A stretch of DNA of 32,000 nt from Synechocystis sp. PCC 6803 substr. PCC-P (GTDB taxonomy: Bacteria; Cyanobacteriota; Cyanobacteriia; Cyanobacteriales; Microcystaceae), in contig NC_017039.1 in assembly GCF_000284455.1 (NCBI RefSeq), positions 1,860,001 through 1,892,000 on the forward strand, given 5' to 3'. Under the pieces are notes generated by a model. It ran no database searches, had not been told where the DNA came from, and was given only the letters and a program-made list of their open reading frames with translations. The position numbers were made by a program, and so were the translations under genes. The first letter of the stretch is position 1; every line of letters starts with the position of its first letter. Of this stretch, positions 17,127 to 25,180 are shown in pieces.

Positions 17127-18710
17127 TTATTTTTCCAAAGATAAATTTTTTATTGGTAACAGGTGGGATTTGCCATTGGCTGAAGGCTGAGTCTCATCAA
17201 AAACCACAAATAGCTCCCCGTTGCGCTTGGCTTCATACATGGCCGTGTCGGCATAATCGATTAAACGATCATAGTCAAACTGTTCGTAGTTGCTGATCAC
17301 AATACCAATACTGGTACTGATAAGCAGTTGAATTCCCTCCATAGTTAACGGACGGGAAAATAATCGGTGAATGCGGTCTGCACATTTTTTCGCATCATCA
17401 CCTGACTTGGTTGATTTCAAAACAATTATAAATTCATCTCCACTCAGTCGAGCAACCTGGTCACCGTCTCGCACACACTCCAATAGGATTTCTGCTACCC
17501 GTTGTAGCACTTTATCTCCAAACAAATGTCCGAATCGATCGTTAATGCTCTTAAATTTATTCAAGTCCAGCATCAGCAGAGCAAATGCCTGGTCGTCAGA
17601 ATTATTTCTGCCATGGACATTCTGGTGTAGGTTTTCTAAAAAAAGAGCCAGGGAACGACGGTTAGGTAAACAAGTCAGGCTGTCATGGTGAGAATCATAA
17701 TAAAGTTGGTCGTTAATGGTTGCGAGGGACGTTATGTCATTTAATAGCCAATAAAAACCATTGATTTCACCATTGTCATTTCTTTTTTGGGTGGCTTGAA
17801 TATCCACACTGATGGAAATACTGCTCAAGGATTGGAGTTGCATTGACCAACAATAGGGCACCTGCCATTCACTTTGATCTTTAACTATATTTTCCAGATG
17901 GTTTTCGAGTAACGAAATTTGTTGTTGCGGTGCATAGTAAATAAAAGGTTTCCCCATTAGGGATTCTCTATCGGTTTTAAGCAAACGACAGGCATTTTGG
18001 TTCGCATCTTGAATTTTTCCATGGCAATCAATAATTAAGTAATTTCCAGGTAACAATTCTAATAAATTGTGGTACGAATTTTCGAGAACTGACTTTTGTC
18101 GATAAATTTTTTTATAAATTTTCCATAATCTTCGCTGATCCTGTTTCAGATCCGCTGGTGAGTCAACCACGGTTAAGTTTCGGGGGCAGTCCTGTTTAAT
18201 ATCAGCGAAAATACCGATGGCCTTTTCTGCCCTCAAATCTTCGAGATAACCAGGATAAGCTTTGTTAGCTTCTTTTTCATCGGTAAAAGGGCCAAAGTAA
18301 TAGGTTACACAGGGAATAATAGTGTGCACCCTCACCCACCAATCCCTATCCTGGTAGAGGGAACTTGCCTGGGTATCCTGGTCAATAATTTCCCCTGAAT
18401 CTTCTTGATGCACACGACTCATTAAGCTATCAATCATGTCTGGCATTGCCCGAAGAATTCTTTCTTCAATAACTAATTTTTCTTCAATTAGGCCGGTGTA
18501 GCCATGGACAGAAGTAAATTCTAAATCTTCGTCTGTCCTAACTTTATGACGGTTAGGAATTGTGCTTAAAATCTTCGCCTTGAGTTGTTGGCGGAAGCAG
18601 GACAACGACAGGGCCATGACATAGGGATGGTCAGGGGGAAAGTCCGTCAGAAATCGATCAATCTCCTCTTCCACTACCGCTAGAGTTTCGTTGACAAGAT
18701 AGGAGGACAT
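17127..18710 (-). CDS. PAS-GGDEF signalling protein (diguanylate cyclase-like, SGDEF variant) with an N-terminal DUF1816-like region
   Basis: The C-terminal GGDEF domain reads RDGDQVARLSGDEF (RxxD I-site plus SGDEF A-site). It also has a PAS-like segment (LLELLPGNYLIIDCHGKIQDANQNACRLL) and WWVRVHTIIPCVTYYFGPFTDEKEA, which is DUF1816-like. ATG 18710 (MSSYLVNE) is preferred over the track start at 18779. Confidence 0.8.
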   Translation of the reverse strand: MSSYLVNETLAVVEEEIDRFLTDFPPDHPYVMALSLSCFRQQLKAKILSTIPNRHKVRTDEDLEFTSVHGYTGLIEEKLVIEERILRAMPDMIDSLMSRVHQEDSGEIIDQDTQASSLYQDRDWWVRVHTIIPCVTYYFGPFTDEKEANKAYPGYLEDLRAEKAIGIFADIKQDCPRNLTVVDSPADLKQDQRRLWKIYKKIYRQKSVLENSYHNLLELLPGNYLIIDCHGKIQDANQNACRLLKTDRESLMGKPFIYYAPQQQISLLENHLENIVKDQSEWQVPYCWSMQLQSLSSISISVDIQATQKRNDNGEINGFYWLLNDITSLATINDQLYYDSHHDSLTCLPNRRSLALFLENLHQNVHGRNNSDDQAFALLMLDLNKFKSINDRFGHLFGDKVLQRVAEILLECVRDGDQVARLSGDEFIIVLKSTKSGDDAKKCADRIHRLFSRPLTMEGIQLLISTSIGIVISNYEQFDYDRLIDYADTAMYEAKRNGELFVVFDETQPSANGKSHLLPIKNLSLEK

Positions 18711-18859
18711 TGCATTGCACCTGTTGAACTGGCAATAGTTGTATAGTCGAATGACGGGAAGTTCTGGGAAAATCGACAATTATAGTCAGATCTACTTCTC
18801 CGAGATGCTTGAAGATTTGGCGTCGGCGCAAGGCTTCTAGGCAGTTGTTGAAAATATTG

Positions 18860-18881
18860 AATCCAGAATTAATCCAGAATT
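18860..18881. repeat. perfect tandem duplication 2 x AATCCAGAATT
   Basis: Read directly: 18860-18870 equals 18871-18881. It lies 81-150 bp upstream of the GGDEF gene start, which is on the minus strand. Confidence 0.9.
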
Positions 18882-19010
18882 CTTCACCCGGTAATAGTGT
18901 GCCTATGGGCTAGAAACCTCTGCTTTTTATTTATTATTCCCCACATCCAATTTAGAAAAAATATTGCTTTTTGTCTGTACGATCATGCTCTTATCTTTAG
19001 CTTATTTAGC

Positions 19011-19727
19011 TTAACCCTGACGGAAACCAAGTAAACGAATATATTCATCTTGTACTAATTGATAGCATTCACAGCTAGTTTTTTTAAGGGCATCGTAGTC
19101 CAACAAAGTTATTTTTCCCCGACGATAGGTGATCATGCCGGATTGTTGGAGAGAGTTCGCTGCAATGGTTACCCCCGATCGCCGGACTCCGAGCATATTA
19201 GCGACAAATTCTTGGGTAAGGGGTATCTCGTCCACTTGAAGACAGTCATGGACAGACATTAACCAACGGGCTAGACGTTCTTCAATTTTATGTTGGCGAT
19301 TACAGGCGGCACTCTGGGAAACCTGGGTGAGTCTGGCTTGGGTATAGAGCAACAAAATTCTCTGCAGTTGGGGAGACTGCTCAAACTCTCGTAAAAGTAT
19401 ATGGGCACTTAGTTTCCAAGCTTCCCCTTGCACCTGGACGATGACCTGGCTTGTGGTTTGTTTTCCCCCCAGAATAATGGGCAATCCCACCATTCCTTCA
19501 TTGCCAATTAAACCAATTTCTGTGGTGGAGCCATCTTCCATAATTGAGACAACGGAAATCATAGCTGTATTGGGAAAATAGGCAAATTCCATCACCTCAT
19601 TGGGCTCGTATAGTACTGTGCCGGTCTTGTAGACAACTTTTTTGAGATGGGGCGCTAAACGTTTATAAGCTTCGACGGGGAGGAGTCCTAATAACTGATT
19701 TAATTTTATGGGAGGATTATTGGTCAT
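19011..19727 (-). CDS. CRP/FNR-family transcriptional regulator (cNMP-binding-like domain plus C-terminal HTH)
   Basis: 238 aa from ATG 19727 (the track start at 19733 is TTG). Beta-roll segment is IGLIGNEGMVGLPIILGG. The HTH region is LTQEFVANMLGVRRSGVTIAANSLQQSGMITYRRGKITLLD. Confidence 0.85.
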   Translation of the reverse strand: MTNNPPIKLNQLLGLLPVEAYKRLAPHLKKVVYKTGTVLYEPNEVMEFAYFPNTAMISVVSIMEDGSTTEIGLIGNEGMVGLPIILGGKQTTSQVIVQVQGEAWKLSAHILLREFEQSPQLQRILLLYTQARLTQVSQSAACNRQHKIEERLARWLMSVHDCLQVDEIPLTQEFVANMLGVRRSGVTIAANSLQQSGMITYRRGKITLLDYDALKKTSCECYQLVQDEYIRLLGFRQG

Positions 19728-20353
19728 TGGCAATGCAATTAATTAAAAATGGCATCTCAATTCACTAACAATCATAAGGGTTGTATGCTAACGCCACTTA
19801 GATTCATTTGAATTAAAATGTTTATGACTCCTTGTCTCCCAAAGCTTGGAAAAATTTACTCTGCACGATAAGCTGATCTCTGTATAGAGTAAGGATTGTG
19901 CGCAAACGGGACGCCGGTCAGGCCCAAACCAAGAGTTTATCTTCGGAACTACATTCTTATCTGTACGAAACAGGACTTTAGGAGAATTTATTAATAGAAA
20001 ATTTTCCGGCCATAGTCAATATCAAGGCGATTTAGTCTCGACTTCAACCTTTTTACTCTGTAATTCATAAATCTTTTAATCCGATTTAGTGAAAATAATC
20101 AATTCTCTATGGCCTCGATGATGGCGATCGCCAAAACTTGATAGCTGGTGCCGATTTTATTTTTTTCGGTAACTAAGTATCTCTATTAGACTTGATACAA
20201 AACAGGATTCTACAGTGAGAAATACTAAATTTATTAGCGTTTTTTTCTGTCTGTGTTGGGTCCGATTTCACTGTGGGGGCGATCGCCAAGGGTGGAGTAA
20301 TCAGCAACCTTCCAACAATAGATAAAATAAATATTTAGTGAAAAAATATTGAC

Positions 20354-20369
20354 ATTAAGATATCTTAAT
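20354..20369. promoter_or_regulatory. 16-bp perfect palindrome ATTAAGATATCTTAAT flanked by TTGAC direct repeats (candidate operator/promoter)
   Basis: Read directly. The palindrome is at 20354-20369, with TTGAC at 20349-20353 and 20369-20373. It lies about 40 nt upstream of an SD-preceded mini-ORF. Function is unproven. Confidence 0.3.
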
Positions 20370-20407
20370 TGACTCTCGGTGATCTCTTCTTCAAAAGGAG
20401 TGAAGTC

Positions 20408-20461
20408 ATGACCAGTTCTAGCATTGATGGCGTGGGGGTGGCATTTTTAGTACGGGTTTAG
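20408..20461 (+). CDS. candidate 17-codon micro-ORF (MTSSSIDGVGVAFLVRV)
   Basis: The ATG lies 7 nt after AAGGAG (20395-20400), one of the best SD matches in the window. No homology can be assessed by eye. Confidence 0.2.
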   Translation: MTSSSIDGVGVAFLVRV

Positions 20462-20944
20462 ACCGGCGATCGGTTGCTTAAAAATAACAGGGTGACGGAG
20501 TTCTTCCGCTGGATATGTTCACCGTAGGAGGACAATTGCTCGGAGTAGTTGACACCACCAGTGCAAAACCTTAATTAGGTAATTAGATTTTAAAACCGCA
20601 TAAACTCATAATTTCTATTGGATCGTACCTGCGCCAATGATCATAGTGTTAATGCATCACAAAAATGATTGAGGAATTAACGTAGTTTTGCCCTGGTCAA
20701 GACGGAGAGCGGTATAGGTTTGTCATCCTTTCTTCGCGCCTTTGCGTCCATCCGTCGGATTTTGTTCGGTTTTACGCCTAAGGGGGAAAGGAAAATGGGC
20801 TTACCATCAGGGAGAGAGGCCACACAAGACTGCTGAGTCTGTTAAATTGCAGTGGCAAAAAGTTTGCTATTTCCTATTCCCTTTCAGAACATCGTCCCCC
20901 GTTGTTACCGCTGTTAACTTTCCCATCCTAAAAATCTGGTTCCC

Positions 20945-22339
20945 GTGAATGAAGTTTGCCTAAAGTTGAGTGATTTGTTTGTGTCTTCCGGTTGGGGAGG
21001 ATATGACCGAGGGCGGGCTCCCCAGTGGGCCCATCCCAGAGCACAGCAACAATGGTTTGGGGCGATCGCCGCTTTGGAACCATTTTTAAGACAAACTTTG
21101 CCCAATGTTGGGGGAGAATTACCGGGAATTTGTTTGACGGGCCCTGCCCCAGTGCTGAAAGATGCGGTGCTGGTGCGAAATTTTTACCAAGGCATTGCCA
21201 CCCCCTGGGAAGAGTTTTCCCCCTGGCCCTGTTTAGCTGGCGAGGAATCCGAATGGAGTGCTGTCCCCCCCATGCGGGAAATTCCCCTGTTTCCCCAGGA
21301 CCCCTTGGCGGAAGAGCAATTTTGCTGGCTGATGACCCCCCAATTTGGTCTGCTATTGCTGTTGGGCAAAAATGAGCAGGGTTTGGCCCAGTTCTACTGG
21401 ACTTTTGACCCAGAAATTTTGCAGCAAGCTTGGTTAAGCCTCCAGGCCCGCCTCAAATATGGCCTAAGTCCTGATCTGTCCCTCTTGCAAAAAACCATAG
21501 CGGCTTTTAATTTTCCCCAGCCCGATTTCCGTTTGGTGACTTACTTTGGGCAATTGATGTTGGACTACCAGCCCAATCCCTATAATCTTCCCCCATGCCA
21601 AGAACAGGAATCGGCGGAACCATCCCCGGATGTGGAACTGCTCCAAGCCTTAACCCATGAGGTGCGGACTCCCCTGACTAGCATTCGCACCCTAACCAAG
21701 TTGTTATTGCGTCGCAAAGACCTTTCCCCGGAAGTGCTCAAACGAATTGAATCCATTGACCGGGAGTGTAGCGATCAAATCAGCCGCATGGACCTGATTT
21801 TCCGAGCCACGGAATTGGAATCAACCCCCCTGCCGGAATTGGTGGTGCCCCTGACGGTGACATCCTTAGAAGCGGTGTTCCAAGCTGGCATTCCCCGCTG
21901 GCAAAAACAGGCCCAGCGCTATAACGTCAATTTACAAGCTCAGATTCCCCATTCTTTGCCCCAGGTGTGGAGTAACCCCAGTTTGTTAGACCAGGTGCTG
22001 GGGGGCATGATTGAAAAATTTGTGCGGAATTTCAACGGCGGCGGAGAGATCAATTTACAGATCACCACTGCCGGTGACCAGTTAAAAGTGCAGTTCCATA
22101 CCCAGTCAGTACACCAAGCCAATCCCGTCAGGGCTCTGGGGGAATTGTTGATGTTCCAGCCCCAAACCGGTTGCCTGAGTTTAAATTGGGATGTGACCAA
22201 AAATCTCTTCCAACTCCTGGGAGGTAAGTTAATCGTCAGACGGCGATCGCCATCGGAGGAGATACTAACCATTTACCTTAAATGTGAACAAAGGACTGTG
22301 CCTGTGGCCAACTACGATAGGCAGTTCACCATGGTCTAG
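20945..22339 (+). CDS. hik34: orphan sensor histidine kinase (Hik34-like; soluble, no TM segments)
   Basis: H-box is LTHEVRTPLTSIRTL. A HisKA domain and a C-terminal ATPase-like domain are present, and the position after ndhCKJ/IS matches my recollection of hik34. The GTG start is uncertain. Confidence 0.75.
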   Translation: MNEVCLKLSDLFVSSGWGGYDRGRAPQWAHPRAQQQWFGAIAALEPFLRQTLPNVGGELPGICLTGPAPVLKDAVLVRNFYQGIATPWEEFSPWPCLAGEESEWSAVPPMREIPLFPQDPLAEEQFCWLMTPQFGLLLLLGKNEQGLAQFYWTFDPEILQQAWLSLQARLKYGLSPDLSLLQKTIAAFNFPQPDFRLVTYFGQLMLDYQPNPYNLPPCQEQESAEPSPDVELLQALTHEVRTPLTSIRTLTKLLLRRKDLSPEVLKRIESIDRECSDQISRMDLIFRATELESTPLPELVVPLTVTSLEAVFQAGIPRWQKQAQRYNVNLQAQIPHSLPQVWSNPSLLDQVLGGMIEKFVRNFNGGGEINLQITTAGDQLKVQFHTQSVHQANPVRALGELLMFQPQTGCLSLNWDVTKNLFQLLGGKLIVRRRSPSEEILTIYLKCEQRTVPVANYDRQFTMV

Positions 22340-22356
22340 GGGCTCAACCGAGAGTT

Positions 22357-23691
22357 TCAATGGCCTGAAATTTGCCGCAGTAAGCCTGGGGTAATAAAGG
22401 TCAAAAGGCCAATGGCGATCGCCCCGGCTCCAATGACTATCAATGCCGGTACAAGGCGGGATTGCCAAAATCGTTCCCTGGCCGCCGTCGTTAGCTTGCC
22501 AGTTTCCCAATAAACCCAATCATCCCCTAGATGACTAGCCAGACTACGATTCCCCGATAGCAGCAACACAATGCCATTGCCCGTTTCTGGATTAACTCGC
22601 AAAGTGTGGTTCAGAGCGGGCATATTGCCCCCGTCATGGCCGATCACAGCTCCCCCACTGGTGGTGGTTTGGTACAGCATCATACCTAAACCCCAGGTGC
22701 CATCGGTGCCCGGTTGGGCCGTTGCCATCCTTTGCAAAGTGTCAGCTTTCAAAACCGAGTTGGGTTGGAGATGGGCCTGGGCGAATTTAACCATGTCAGC
22801 CAAACTGGCGTAGAGGGAAGCGGCCCCGGTGGCAGTGAAATGGCGGGGAGGGCTGGGCTGTAAATCTTCGGTAAAACTAGTGGCCAAATTATTAGCTCTT
22901 CCCTGGTCAACAATGGTTGGCCAATCAAAATTCGCCCCGGTCATACCCAACGGGTGCAGAATTTGCTCCTGCATAAATTCAGCAAAGGATTGTCCCGTCA
23001 CCTCCTCCACTAACAGTTGCAAAACGGTATAACCGCCCCCGGAGTAGCTAAACTCTTCTCCCGGTGGATAAACTGCCTCCACCCCCCTTGGTTCCCCAAA
23101 GGCCACATCTTTTGTTAGGGTCAAAGACTGTTCCAGGGTTTGCAACGGTTGCCCCGGCAAAAATCCTCCATAGCCTAAATGATCGTTCTGTCCCCCGGTA
23201 TGGCTCAACAGTTGGGCAATGGTTACCTCTCCTCGGTAAGGACTATCAGCAGGAAATTGCCAACGGCGAAGATGGGATAAAACTGGATCGTCTAAATTAA
23301 TCTGTCCCATTTCCACCAATTTCATTACCCCCCAGGCCGTAACCAGTTTACTCACAGAAGCCATTTGGTAGAGGGTATTTTCTGGGTCAACGGGGGAACC
23401 GGAATCAACATTCTCCACTCCCACCGTATGTATGGTGTCCACTTTGCCATTGTGGATTAGGGCTAGGGCCGCACTGCCCAACTCCTTGCCTTCCCCTTGG
23501 TTAAGGCGATCGATTAAATATTGGTTAAGGGAAGCTCGATCACCAGGGCGTAGGGGAGGATGGGAAAACCAAATACTTTCCCCCCATAACACTGCCCCCA
23601 CCAGTAAACTCCAAATGAGCAGGGCAGTAGTGCCGGTTAAAACCTTTTTCAAGCTCTTGTTTGCCGAGGTAAAACTTGCTGATAGTCTCAA
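22357..23691 (-). CDS. beta-lactamase-fold serine hydrolase (AmpH / low-molecular-weight PBP-like) with N- and C-terminal TM segments
   Basis: S-x-x-K motif (ASVSK), YSGGGY and HDGG motifs; 444 aa. The start is TTG (23691, or TTG 23652). Confidence 0.75.
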   Translation of the reverse strand: MRLSASFTSANKSLKKVLTGTTALLIWSLLVGAVLWGESIWFSHPPLRPGDRASLNQYLIDRLNQGEGKELGSAALALIHNGKVDTIHTVGVENVDSGSPVDPENTLYQMASVSKLVTAWGVMKLVEMGQINLDDPVLSHLRRWQFPADSPYRGEVTIAQLLSHTGGQNDHLGYGGFLPGQPLQTLEQSLTLTKDVAFGEPRGVEAVYPPGEEFSYSGGGYTVLQLLVEEVTGQSFAEFMQEQILHPLGMTGANFDWPTIVDQGRANNLATSFTEDLQPSPPRHFTATGAASLYASLADMVKFAQAHLQPNSVLKADTLQRMATAQPGTDGTWGLGMMLYQTTTSGGAVIGHDGGNMPALNHTLRVNPETGNGIVLLLSGNRSLASHLGDDWVYWETGKLTTAARERFWQSRLVPALIVIGAGAIAIGLLTFITPGLLRQISGH

Positions 23692-23766
23692 ATTTTAGCG
23701 GAAAATTTCTGGGGTTTTGCTAGAATCAGTCAGAGTTGCCTTACCCGCCCATATTTGCCAAAACCT

Positions 23767-23955
23767 ATGACGACCCATTTCATCACTGCTGAAATTGACC
23801 TCCAGGAAAATCCCCTGCAACTGCAACAGGAAATTGAACAGGAATTGGCTAAACGGGGCGATCCCCTGCGGTGGGCGGTGACAGCGGTGGATAAAGAGCA
23901 ACAAAAAGCCCAGGTGGAAGCGGTGGTGACGGTGACGGCGGTGCAGGAAGTCTAG
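23767..23955 (+). CDS. small acidic hypothetical protein (62 aa)
   Basis: ATG 23767 (MTTHFITAEIDLQENP...); the track start at 23755 is TTG. I recognise no domain. Confidence 0.5.
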   Translation: MTTHFITAEIDLQENPLQLQQEIEQELAKRGDPLRWAVTAVDKEQQKAQVEAVVTVTAVQEV

Positions 23956-24127
23956 AAAAAAAGGTTAAGAGCCTGTTTTAAAAGCCCCCCTGGCCCCCCA
24001 AATTTGGGAAGAAATTGAGTGAAAGTTCCCCAGTATTGCCGGAGTTTTAGTGGGTCGAGTTAGGGGGCGGGATAAAACTTTCCAAACACGTTCTAAGTTT
24101 TACTAGTTCCAGTCTTTTACGGTCACT

Positions 24128-25174
24128 TTGAGTTATAACGTCACTTTAATTATTCCCACTGGGGTGGGGGCGGCCCTTGGTGGTTACGCTGGGGATGCTC
24201 TACCGATCGCCAGGGCCATTTCCCAGGTGTGTGATCGCCTCATTACCCATCCCAATGTGTTAAACGGGGCCCAGCTTTATTACCCCATACCCAACGCCCT
24301 TTATGTGGAAGGTTACGCCCTGGATCGCTTTGCCCAGGGAGATTGGGGTTTAACTCCTGTGGGTAACAACGCCATTGGCCTAATTTTGGATCAAGGCATT
24401 GAAGAGGATTTGCGCTGGCGACATTTACAGGTGGCGGACGGGGCTCGGGCTACCCTGGGTTTAACCCTGACGGATTACGTTGTTACTGATGAACCCTTGG
24501 GGGTGGAATTGCGCCTGTCGGACTCTGGCACTAGTTGGGGCACCATTGCTAACCCAGAAAGTTTATTGCGGGCGGCGGATAAGTTATTGACCCAGACCCA
24601 AGCCCAGGCGATCGCCGTCATTGCTCGCTTTCCCGATGATGTGGGCACTCAAGTGCTGGCTGATTATCGCCATGGCCATGGGGTGGATCCCTTGGCCGGA
24701 GCGGAAGCGGTCATTTCCCATTTAATTGTGCGGCAATTTCAAGTGCCCTGTGCCCATGCCCCAGCGTTGAGTCCTTTGCCTTTAGACCCAGACATTTCCC
24801 CCCGGTCAGCGGCGGAGGAATTGGGCTACACTTTTTTACCCTGTGTATTGATGGGACTGAGTCGGGCTCCCCATTACCAAAGATTTCCCAATGCCCAGGG
24901 CCAAACCCTCTGGAGTCGGGATGTGAATGCTGTGGTTGTGCCCGCCAGCGCCTGCGGTGGTTCCGCTTTGATGAGTTTTAGCCAATCTTCTGCCCGCATC
25001 ATTGCAGTGGAAAATAACTCTACCCAGCTAGAAGTCTATGGCGAAGACCTAGGCATTTCTGTGGTTAGGGTAAACTCTTATTTAGAGGCGATCGGAGTGC
25101 TCTGTGCAGACCGTGCAGGCATTAACCTTGATTGTTTCCAACCGGATTTTCCCCTTCTTCACCGCCTACCCTGA
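24128..25174 (+). CDS. conserved hypothetical protein, DUF3326-like
   Basis: 348 aa. The N-terminal IIPTGVGAALGGYAGDA motif recalls the DUF3326 family of cyanobacteria and plastid-bearing eukaryotes. TTG start. Confidence 0.6.
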   Translation: MSYNVTLIIPTGVGAALGGYAGDALPIARAISQVCDRLITHPNVLNGAQLYYPIPNALYVEGYALDRFAQGDWGLTPVGNNAIGLILDQGIEEDLRWRHLQVADGARATLGLTLTDYVVTDEPLGVELRLSDSGTSWGTIANPESLLRAADKLLTQTQAQAIAVIARFPDDVGTQVLADYRHGHGVDPLAGAEAVISHLIVRQFQVPCAHAPALSPLPLDPDISPRSAAEELGYTFLPCVLMGLSRAPHYQRFPNAQGQTLWSRDVNAVVVPASACGGSALMSFSQSSARIIAVENNSTQLEVYGEDLGISVVRVNSYLEAIGVLCADRAGINLDCFQPDFPLLHRLP

Positions 25175-25180
25175 ATATCT

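Noticed and set aside
20630-20662. Minus-strand mini-ORF MIIGAGTIQ*, which looks like the start of a Rossmann-fold (GxGxxG) protein. It is a possible pseudogene remnant in the long spacer.
   Set aside because: It is only 9 codons and no continuation is recognisable in any frame. This is too little to call, and blastx would be needed.
20742-20948. 68-aa plus-strand ORF at the right end of the long spacer.
   Set aside because: It has a TTG start without an SD, an implausible composition (MRPSVGFCSVLRLRGKGKW...), and runs into the hik34 start codon. I treat it as non-coding unless expression data say otherwise.
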